A stretch of DNA of 16,450 nucleotides, taken from positions 1 through 16,450 of the forward strand of contig JBCCXZ010000073.1 of NCBI GenBank assembly GCA_039190745.1, written 5' to 3'. The position numbers and the translations under genes were made by a program. Below, piece after piece: positions 1 through 7,369 of this stretch (position 1 is the stretch's first letter; every line of letters begins with the position of its first letter). Under the pieces are notes generated by a model that was not told where the DNA came from, searched no databases, and saw only the letters and a list, made by a program, of their open reading frames with translations. This DNA comes from Planctomycetota bacterium. Its GTDB lineage: Bacteria > Planctomycetota > Planctomycetia > Pirellulales > Lacipirellulaceae.

Positions 1-1
1 G

Positions 2-655
2 GGGCGGCGCCCCTGCTACGCGGGCCCCGCGGCGGCGGCGGACGCCGCCTGGGCGGGTGGGGGGGGGGGCGCCCCGGGGGGGCCACCCCCCCCCCCCACG
101 GCGGGCGTCGAGTGCAGGCCTTACGCCTGCAAGGGTTGTGGCTCGGTTTACTTTGGGGAGTTCAACCGCGCCTGCCAGGGGCAGTACTGCGGGCGGGAGC
201 GTGCGGTCTGCAGTTCAGACTACTGCGACAACCTTCAGCAGCATCGCTTGGGGCTCCGCGTGTTGCCGCCCAGTGGCGAGCAACACTACACGCTGCAGAA
301 GGTGCAGGCGGTGCTGTCGGGCGAGTACTCCGGACCCGAGCGGCGGGCCGCGGAGCGGCTGCGTATGAATGCGAGAGTTTTGGTTCTTCCGCTGGACGTT
401 TCCTTTCGGGTGATCGGGCGACCGTTCCGGGCGATTGCGCGGGACCTGTCGACGGATGGAGTAAGGCTACGCCTTGGGCGATCGACGCAGGCAGACCGTT
501 ATGTCGTCGACTTCATGCCGCACCAGGTAGAGGGCCTGCGGATGGTGACCACGGTCGTGTGGGAATCTGAGGAAGCTGGCATCAAAACGGTCGGATCGGT
601 GTTCTGCGGTAGCCTCGACCCGAGCCTGGGCTCGCTCGCGACGTTCGGGGCTTAG
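2..655 (+). CDS. PilZ-like domain protein with Cys-rich N-terminal segment (5'-partial)
   Basis: The frame of ORF 248..655 has no stop back to base 2. The C-terminal part has the PilZ c-di-GMP motifs RxxxR (ERRAAERLR) and DxSxxG (DLSTDG). Upstream codons read ECRPYACKGCGSVYFG...CQGQYC...CSSDYC. Stop TAG 653-655. The first ~100 nt are G/C homopolymer-rich and may be unreliable; the true start is not visible. Confidence 0.65.
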   Translation, partial: GRRPCYAGPAAAADAAWAGGGGGAPGGPPPPPTAGVECRPYACKGCGSVYFGEFNRACQGQYCGRERAVCSSDYCDNLQQHRLGLRVLPPSGEQHYTLQKVQAVLSGEYSGPERRAAERLRMNARVLVLPLDVSFRVIGRPFRAIARDLSTDGVRLRLGRSTQADRYVVDFMPHQVEGLRMVTTVVWESEEAGIKTVGSVFCGSLDPSLGSLATFGA

Positions 656-1119
656 TGCGAGTCGCACATACGTGTAGCGTCTCCGGCGGCATGTTTGCCG
701 GTCGTTCTGACGAAAAAAAGCCGCTACGCTTCGGTGACGTGCGCTCTAGGCCGGTTTCTCTCGACTTATCGTGTCCTTCTTCTTTGTCGACGCCGCTCAT
801 CACGCTAGGGGGCGGGCCTGCTTGGTTGCGCGACAACTCAGCCCAAAGCTTGTGCACCGCGTGGGGCGCCGTTCGGATGAGTTTGCCTTGCTGAGGCTTG
901 GTCGGCAGCGATGTGTGGGCTTGTAGGCGTCGGACTAAACGAAACTCCAAAGAGTTAACGGCGGTTTCCATTCTCGAACCGGCACGCGGCTTGCGTGAGG
1001 GCGGCGCGGTTGTTGGAAAACCTAGCGGAAGACTGGCCCCCGTAAGAGTACTAGCATGCCGCGCAGTGGTTGCGTGGCGGGGCCGGGCGCCGCTTGATGA
1101 AGAGATGGAGAGGCTTGTT

Positions 1120-1593
1120 ATGAAGTCGCATTACTCACCGAAGCTCGCCGCGCTCCTGCGGAGCGCGGCCCGGTACGGATCGGTGGCCGCGGCGTTGATT
1201 TTTGGGTTGGTATTGGTCACGGACCGCGACACGGTCCACCACCTGGAGCGTTTCGCCTCGGGCCTAGACCCCTACCCTGAGCTGCCTGTGTTTCTTGGTT
1301 TGGTCTTCGGGGCCGTGCTGGGCGGTTTTGTCGCGTGGAACCGACGGCTGGCTGCGTCGGGCGTCGCACTAACAGCCGCTTCGCTTGCGGCGGCCTTCGC
1401 CTGGTGTGCGTCGACGCTGGATTACTCGCTCAGCCCCTTCATGATCACGCTGGTTGGCCCGGCGGGGATGCTGCTGCTGGCACGGCAGTTGGAGCAGATC
1501 CCGGTCGAGACCCCCGAAGCGGCGACCGGAGAAGGCACCGAGGAACGGACCGCGGAGGAGCCGGAGTTGGTTCCCGCGGCGAGCGTCGCCTAA
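1120..1593 (+). CDS. Hypothetical membrane protein (~157 aa, about 4 hydrophobic segments, acidic C-terminal tail)
   Basis: Lies within ORF 898..1593. ATG 1120 is preceded by GGAGAGG (1107-1113). Hydrophobic stretches: VAAALIFGLVLV, VFLGLVFGAVLGGFVAW, GVALTAASLAAAFAW, FMITLVGPAGMLLL. Confidence 0.65.
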   Translation: MKSHYSPKLAALLRSAARYGSVAAALIFGLVLVTDRDTVHHLERFASGLDPYPELPVFLGLVFGAVLGGFVAWNRRLAASGVALTAASLAAAFAWCASTLDYSLSPFMITLVGPAGMLLLARQLEQIPVETPEAATGEGTEERTAEEPELVPAASVA

Positions 1594-1626
1594 CCGGCCA
1601 TGCTGCCCCAAACAGTTCTCGGCCCG

Positions 1627-3570
1627 TTATCCGGCCTTGGCCTGGTAGGACTGCATGCCGGTCTTACGGGGCTCGGGCTGGAAGCGGGCCTGGAGCGAGG
1701 CCCAGTCGATCACGAGCTTGCCGCCGGTGTTCTCATGCTGGCGGGCCCAGTTCATGAGCAGCTCGAGGCAGGCGTGGTCGATGTAGTCGAGGTGCTGGAA
1801 GTCGATGTGCAGCTCGACCCCGCGGGGGACGGCGTCCAGCTCGGCCGCGAGGACGGGGAGCCGTATGAAGGTGGCGGCGCCGAAGAGCTTCAGCTCCGCG
1901 GTGTGGTCGGCCTCGGAGACCGTGAGTTCGGTCTTGAGGTGCGAGAACGTGTAGAGCAGCTTCGCCGCGGCGAGAGCGATGCCGACGATCACGCCCGTGA
2001 GCAGGTCGGCGGCGACGATCGTGAAGACCGTCGCGGCGTAGATGCCCACTTCGCTCCGCCCGTAGTGGGCGAGCTTGCGGATGTCTTGGAAGTTGACCAG
2101 CTTGAAGCCGGTGTAGACTAGGATCGCGGCGAGGCAGGCGGTGGGGATTTGCCGGAGCAGGAAGCCGAGCGCGGCGACGAATAGCAGCAGCCAGACTCCG
2201 TGCAAGATTGCCGAGAGCCGTGTGCGGCCGCCGGCTTGGATGTTCGCGGAGCTGCGGACGATGACGCCGGTCATCGGCAGGACGCCGAGGACGCCGCAGA
2301 CGATGTTGCCGACCCCTTGAGCGGTGAGTTCGCGGTCGTAGTCAGTGCGATCACCCTGGTGGAGTTGGTCGACCGCGGTGGCGCAGAGCAGCGTCTCGGC
2401 GCTGGCCACGAGCGCAATGAGTAGCGCGGTTTGAAAGAGCAGAGCCGGGTTGGCGTCGCGGATCACTGCGAGCGACGGCAGGTGCACGCCGTCCCACAGC
2501 CGGTCGGGCAGTTCGACGTAGAGCACCGGCAGGCTGAAGAAGGCGGCGGCGAGTGTGGCGGCGAGCACCGCGGCGAGCGGCCCCGGGACGACCTTCAGCG
2601 ACTTCGGACCGTAGTGCCAGAGCAGGATCGTACCGATGGCGAGCACGCCGACGTAGGCTGCCAGGTGGTGGTTCTTCAGCCCGTCGAGGAGGTCTTCCAG
2701 CGCAGCAACGGAATCGTCTTGCGCCTTCAGGAACAGGGCGGGGTCGCCGGTATCAAAAGCAGCGATCGACGATTCGAGCTGAGTGGTCGCGCCGTCGGCC
2801 GCTGCTTGGACGATCTCGGCTTGTTCAGGGTCGTTGAGTGTGGCCTCTTTCTCTTGAAGGTCGGCAACGACGGTTGCCAGCTCGGCGTTGATGGTTTGCT
2901 GCTCGGCGACGAAGGCGCCAATGCCTTCTTGAGCGGCTTCGAGCTGGGCCTCGCTGAAAGCGATTTCGGGGTTGTGGATGTGAGGGAACTGCTCGCCGAC
3001 GCGTTCCTGGAGGTCGACCTGGCGGCGGTGGAGTTCGCCGACCTGCTGGAGCATGTCGCGGTGGAAGACGCGGGACTCGGCGCTGGCGCCGGAGGGTAGG
3101 TCCCAGGCTTTGGCGATGGCCTGAGGGATGGTGATCAGGTTTTTGAGGCCGTTGCCCTTCGGTTTGTCGTCGACCATGACGTGGAACTGGCTGGCAAAGA
3201 TCAGCACGCCGATGCCGGCGAGCATGCCCTTGATGACCGCGGGGGAGACAGCCCGGAACCACTGGCCCATCTTGCAGAGCCCCGCGGCGAGCTGCATGGC
3301 CCCGGCGAGCAGCACGACGATGCCGAGGGTTTCGAGGCCGAAGCGTTGGACGATCTCGTAGATGATGACGGTGAGGCCCGCGGCGGGGCCGCTCACCTGC
3401 AAGGGGCATCCGGCGAGGGCTCCGACGACGATGCCGCCGACGATGCCGGTGATGAGCCCCGCGGCGACGGGCACGCCCGAGGCGATGGCGATACCCATGC
3501 AGAGCGGCAAGGCCACGAGGAAGACCACGATCGATGCCATCAGGTCTTGCTTGAACGTTTGGCCGACCAT
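1627..3570 (-). CDS. sulP: SulP/SLC26-family inorganic anion transporter with C-terminal STAS domain
   Basis: Family motifs: QDLMASIVVFLVALPLCMGIAIASG, QVSGPAAGL, ALVASAETLL, RELTAQGVGN, LPMTGVIVRSSANI. STAS-like tail HIDFQHLDYIDHACLELL. SD GAGGTG 5 nt before the ATG. Confidence 0.93.
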   Translation of the reverse strand: MVGQTFKQDLMASIVVFLVALPLCMGIAIASGVPVAAGLITGIVGGIVVGALAGCPLQVSGPAAGLTVIIYEIVQRFGLETLGIVVLLAGAMQLAAGLCKMGQWFRAVSPAVIKGMLAGIGVLIFASQFHVMVDDKPKGNGLKNLITIPQAIAKAWDLPSGASAESRVFHRDMLQQVGELHRRQVDLQERVGEQFPHIHNPEIAFSEAQLEAAQEGIGAFVAEQQTINAELATVVADLQEKEATLNDPEQAEIVQAAADGATTQLESSIAAFDTGDPALFLKAQDDSVAALEDLLDGLKNHHLAAYVGVLAIGTILLWHYGPKSLKVVPGPLAAVLAATLAAAFFSLPVLYVELPDRLWDGVHLPSLAVIRDANPALLFQTALLIALVASAETLLCATAVDQLHQGDRTDYDRELTAQGVGNIVCGVLGVLPMTGVIVRSSANIQAGGRTRLSAILHGVWLLLFVAALGFLLRQIPTACLAAILVYTGFKLVNFQDIRKLAHYGRSEVGIYAATVFTIVAADLLTGVIVGIALAAAKLLYTFSHLKTELTVSEADHTAELKLFGAATFIRLPVLAAELDAVPRGVELHIDFQHLDYIDHACLELLMNWARQHENTGGKLVIDWASLQARFQPEPRKTGMQSYQAKAG

Positions 3571-3760
3571 GCCGACACCTCACTACGCGAAGAGAGACGA
3601 GACCGCGGGCGCCGATGTGGTCGCCCGGAAGGGTGTGGAATAGCAGCTAGCCGGTCTAACGCCCAGGCCGCTCTATTGCCCGCCGTGGCCTGTTCTAATC
3701 GACCGGGGGCTAGCGGTGCCAGCTTATCTGGCTGAAAAGCAGGAGAATCAACCCCTGATT

Positions 3761-3830
3761 GTACGAGGCCTCTCCGAGGCCGATTGACCTTTGTTAGCCA
3801 AGCGGAATCGGGCTCGGAGCGCCCTCCTAC
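3761..3830. repeat. REP-like inverted doublet, family B (GTAG-GAG type)
   Basis: Left arm 3761-3784 GTACGAGGCCTCTCCGAGGCCGAT. Right arm 3807-3830 reverse-complements to GTAGGAGGGCGCTCCGAGCCCGAT. Spacer 22 nt; each arm has an internal hairpin. Related copies at 7211-7281 and 13170-13193. Confidence 0.8.
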
Positions 3831-3855
3831 AATAGCGCAAAAGCACGCCGGAGAA

Positions 3856-4611
3856 TCAGCGGCCAGCGCGCGAGGTGGCCTTGAGCGTGGCGAGGCCGCC
3901 GTCGACGGAGAAGACCTCGCCGGTGACCCAGGCGTTTGCTGGGTCGAGCAGCCAGGTGATGAGTGAGGCGATTTCGGCGGGCTCGCCCAACCGGCCGACC
4001 GGGTGCATGGCGGTGCTGCTGGCGGCGGCGCGCTCGTTGTTCCAGATTTTCTCGGTGAGCTTGGTCTTCACCAGGCCGGGGGCGACGGCGTTCACTCGGA
4101 TGCCTTTGCCGGCGTAAGTGGCCGAGGCGCTCTTGGCCAGGCCGATGACGCCGGCCTTAGCGGCGGCGATCGCTTCGTGGTTGGCCAGGCCGATGCGTGC
4201 GGCGGCAGAAGACATCAGGACGATCGATCCGCCCTCGGCGAGCATGGTCTTGCCAGCGGCTCGGACCGTCGCGAACGCGGAAGTCAGGTTGCGGGCGAGC
4301 GTGTCTTGCCACTCGTCATCGCTGGTGAGGTGGGCCGGTTTGAGCAGCACTGAGCCGACGCAGTTGACGGCCCCGTCGAGCCGGCCGAACTGCTCTTTGG
4401 CTGCGGCGAAGCAGGCTTCTACCGCTGCGATATCGGCGGCGTCGACCTCCTGGCTGGGGGCGTCGAGTTCGGCGGCGACCGACTGCAGACGTTCGCTCGG
4501 CCGCGAGGCGATCATCACGTCGTGCCCGGCTGCCCTGAGCGACCTCGCGACGTGGGACCCGGTGTCGCCCGAGCCGCCGAGGATCACGTAGCCGCGCGGG
4601 GTGTCTGCCAT
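3856..4611 (-). CDS. SDR-family NAD(P)-dependent oxidoreductase (atypical, no catalytic Tyr)
   Basis: Gly-rich LGGSGDTG, FGRLDGAVNCVG, GSIVLMSS, GIRVNAVAPGLV, WVTGEVFSVDGG. The YxxxK position reads HEA-IAAAK. SD AAGGA upstream. Confidence 0.9.
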   Translation of the reverse strand: MADTPRGYVILGGSGDTGSHVARSLRAAGHDVMIASRPSERLQSVAAELDAPSQEVDAADIAAVEACFAAAKEQFGRLDGAVNCVGSVLLKPAHLTSDDEWQDTLARNLTSAFATVRAAGKTMLAEGGSIVLMSSAAARIGLANHEAIAAAKAGVIGLAKSASATYAGKGIRVNAVAPGLVKTKLTEKIWNNERAAASSTAMHPVGRLGEPAEIASLITWLLDPANAWVTGEVFSVDGGLATLKATSRAGR

Positions 4612-4653
4612 CGGTTGTTTTCCTTCGGGTCGCGGGTGCGTTCGACTTCAGAT

Positions 4654-5484
4654 TCAGTTTGGTTTGCTGTACCAACACAAGGGGTCGGCGATGACGCCCT
4701 CGGTTGCGGACGCTATACCGTCGGGTGGGGTACGTCGGCCGGTGCTGTGCCACCAGGCGGCCTGGACGCCGCAGAAGACCGCGTCAAGCCGGTCCCCGGT
4801 TGTGTCGGCGATGAGGTCTTCTCTGATCGGCCCCGGCACGCGGAGTCGTACGCCGTACTCGGCCAGCACTCCGCCGCCCTCACACTCCCGCAGAATCTGC
4901 TTGCGGGTTAACTCGTGCTGTGGATCGGGCCGCTTGTCGTTCTTGTAAGGCTGGCGGCCGACCAGCCGGCGGGCAACGACGCCGGGGTAGCCCTCGACGA
5001 CCGTTCGCGGGTCATCGGTCGGGCGGCAAGGGACGACGCTCGCCGGCGAGGCGGCCACGCGGGGGGCGCCTTCGTAGAACATCTTCCCGACCGGCACGCC
5101 GTAGAGCATCATCGGGCTGCAGGCGCCGGTGAGCGTGTCGGTCGCTCGGGGGTGGTGCTTGTCGCCGGGAGGTTGCTGCGAGCGGTAGTTGTCGATGGTT
5201 TCGACAAACTCGGCCTTGGACATCCGGCCGACGTGCTCGACATATCGTTGCCACGAGAGGGGCCAGCCGAGCGCTTCGACCAACCGAAGCGGTTGGCCGA
5301 GCGGGAGGTCGACCGCCGCGACCCACCGGCCGGGCGACGCGAGGAACTGCTCGAAGGAGTCGAAATTGGTCCAGGTTTGCAGCTCAACAACCGAGAGCGT
5401 CTCGCCGCTGAGGTCGCAGGTGGCGCAAACGATCGGCTTCGCCCGGCGGGGAGCGGAAGTGAAGTCAATCCCGTAGATTCTCAT
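4654..5484 (-). CDS. DUF429-domain protein (predicted RNase H-like fold nuclease)
   Basis: N-terminal YGIDFTSAP, AVDLPLGQP, VVEGYPG and GDRLDAVFC match the conserved acidic motifs I associate with DUF429. Confidence 0.8.
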   Translation of the reverse strand: MRIYGIDFTSAPRRAKPIVCATCDLSGETLSVVELQTWTNFDSFEQFLASPGRWVAAVDLPLGQPLRLVEALGWPLSWQRYVEHVGRMSKAEFVETIDNYRSQQPPGDKHHPRATDTLTGACSPMMLYGVPVGKMFYEGAPRVAASPASVVPCRPTDDPRTVVEGYPGVVARRLVGRQPYKNDKRPDPQHELTRKQILRECEGGGVLAEYGVRLRVPGPIREDLIADTTGDRLDAVFCGVQAAWWHSTGRRTPPDGIASATEGVIADPLCWYSKPN

Positions 5485-5570
5485 GCGATGGTCACCCGTT
5501 GCCGGGTGCGGGGGATCACGGTTTTTCTGCTGAATCGCGAGGGCTCTAAAATCGACCGCGAGGGCGTGCG

Positions 5571-7124
5571 TTGCCTCAAACTAACACAGACCGGCTGGCG
5601 ATCGTGCTGGGTGACCAGCTCAACGTGGATTCGGCGTTGTTCGACGGGTTCGACGCCGAGGCCGACGTCGTGTGGATGGCGGAGGTCCCGGTCGAATCGA
5701 CGCACGTGTGGACGCACAAGGCGCGGATCGCGTTGTTTCTGTCGGCGATGCGGCACTTCCGCGATCTGCTCCGGAAGGATGGGTTGGCGGTTGATTACCG
5801 GCAGCTCGATGACGAGGGCGTAAGGCCGACGCTGGGCGAGGAGCTGGCCGCGACGATCGGGCGATTGAAACCGCAGCGAGTGGCGATGGTGCACGCCGGT
5901 GAGTGGCGGGTGCAGCGGGAGATCGAGTCGGCGGTCGAGGCGGCGGGGTTCGAGCTGGAGGTGCTTCCAGACCGGCACTTCTTGAGTACGCCGGAGGAGT
6001 TCGCCGCGCACGCGAAGGGGCGGAAGCAGCTGCGGCTCGAGTTCTTCTACCGCGAGCTGCGGCGGAAGCACGGCGTGCTGCTGGAGGACGGCGAGCCGAC
6101 CGGCGGGAAGTGGAACTACGACGCGGCAAACCGAGGGACGTTCGGCAAGAGCGGCCCGGGTGAGTTGCCGGAGCCGCTGGCCTTCTCGCCAGACAAGACG
6201 ACCAGGGAGGTCTTCCGCTTGGTGGAATCGGAATTCCCCGAGCACCCGGGGAGCTTGGATCACTTCGACTGGCCGACGACGCCCGAAGAGGCAGAACGGG
6301 CGCTCGACGACTTTATTGAGCATCGGCTGCCCAGCTTTGGGCAGTACCAGGACGCGCTGTGGACCGACGAGCCGTTCCTGTACCACTCGCTGATCTCGTC
6401 GTCGCTCAATCTGAAGTTGCTCGACCCGCGGGAGGTGATCCGTCGCGCCGAGGAGGCGTACCACTCTGGGGCGGCGCCCCTGGAGAGCGTCGAGGGGTTC
6501 ATCCGGCAGATTCTCGGCTGGCGGGAGTACGTGCGGGGCATCTATTGGCTGCACATGCCGGAGTATTTGGAGCGGAACACGCTGGGCGCCAACCGGCCGC
6601 TGCCGGAGTTTTATTGGACCGGTGATACGGAGATGAACTGCCTGCGGCAGGCGATCGGGCAGACGCTTGAGCACGGCTACGCCCACCACATCCAGCGGCT
6701 GATGGTCACGGGGCTCTTTGCGTTGCTGGTGGGCGTCGACCCCAGGGCGGTGCACGAGTGGTACCTGGCCGTGTACGTCGACGCGGTGGAGTGGGTCGAG
6801 CTGCCCAACACCTTGGGCATGTCGCAGTACGCGGACGACGGGGTGATGGCGAGCAAGCCGTATTGCGCGAGCGGCAACTACATCCACCGGATGAGCAACT
6901 ACTGCGGCGGCTGTAAGTTTGATCCGAAGAAGGCGGTGGGCGACGACGCCTGCCCGTTCACGACGCTGTACTGGGACTTTCTGGCCCGGAACGAGCGGCG
7001 CCTGCGGGGGAACAACCGGATGACGATGCAGCTGAAGAATCTGGAGCGGAAGGACGCCGACGAGCTGGCGGCGATCCGTGAGCAGGCCGAGGCCTTGCGA
7101 GAGGAGCTGAAGGACGTTCGATAG
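5571..7124 (+). CDS. Cryptochrome/photolyase family protein, FeS-BCP class (PhrB/CryB-like (6-4) photolyase)
   Basis: Motifs LGDQL, HKARIALFLSAMRHF, GGKWNYDAANR, EGFIRQILGWREY, GYAHHIQRLM, DAVEWVELPN and SKPY. Four candidate 4Fe-4S Cys in MNCL, YCGGC and DACPF. TTG start with GAGGG upstream; TAG 7122-7124. Confidence 0.93.
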   Translation: MPQTNTDRLAIVLGDQLNVDSALFDGFDAEADVVWMAEVPVESTHVWTHKARIALFLSAMRHFRDLLRKDGLAVDYRQLDDEGVRPTLGEELAATIGRLKPQRVAMVHAGEWRVQREIESAVEAAGFELEVLPDRHFLSTPEEFAAHAKGRKQLRLEFFYRELRRKHGVLLEDGEPTGGKWNYDAANRGTFGKSGPGELPEPLAFSPDKTTREVFRLVESEFPEHPGSLDHFDWPTTPEEAERALDDFIEHRLPSFGQYQDALWTDEPFLYHSLISSSLNLKLLDPREVIRRAEEAYHSGAAPLESVEGFIRQILGWREYVRGIYWLHMPEYLERNTLGANRPLPEFYWTGDTEMNCLRQAIGQTLEHGYAHHIQRLMVTGLFALLVGVDPRAVHEWYLAVYVDAVEWVELPNTLGMSQYADDGVMASKPYCASGNYIHRMSNYCGGCKFDPKKAVGDDACPFTTLYWDFLARNERRLRGNNRMTMQLKNLERKDADELAAIREQAEALREELKDVR

Positions 7125-7210
7125 TTCTTGTTCGATTGCAGGAAAGGAGATGAGGGGATGTTGGGGATGACGGGGGATGAAGAAGGAAGAGAGATAAAGG
7201 AAAGACTGTT

Positions 7211-7281
7211 GTGTGAGGCCTCCCAGAGGCCGATTTCGGCATCTACCGCAGAGCGAAATCGGGCTCTGAGAGCCCTCCCAT
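7211..7281. repeat. REP-like inverted doublet, family B
   Basis: Left arm 7211-7234 GTGTGAGGCCTCCCAGAGGCCGAT. Right arm 7258-7281 reverse-complements to ATGGGAGGGCTCTCAGAGCCCGAT. Spacer 23 nt; pairing extends inward (GATTTCG/CGAAATC). Confidence 0.75.
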
Positions 7282-7369
7282 AGTTTCATAGAGTTCTTGA
7301 TCAGTTGATTGACCACGTCGTGGGCTAGAGAATGTTGGCTTGCTTCTTTGCACCCGGGTTGGCGTCGTC

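Noticed and set aside
1..100. Long G and C homopolymers that could form a hairpin or G-quadruplex
   Set aside because: Almost A/T-free sequence at the window edge; more likely low-quality contig-end sequence than a biological element.
656..1119. Long intergenic region with small ORFs and an A7 run as a possible terminator or riboswitch
   Set aside because: The stem next to the A-run is weak, no riboswitch consensus was recognised, and ORFs 655..894 and 582..971 lack coding hallmarks.
5481..7316. 611-aa minus-strand ORF
   Set aside because: Antisense shadow of the photolyase gene, expected from high-GC codon bias; no recognisable motifs.
7305..7333. Possible sigma70 promoter TTGATT-N17-GAGAAT upstream of lhr
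   Set aside because: The -10 element lacks the conserved first T; too weak to call. No convincing LexA-type palindrome was seen either.
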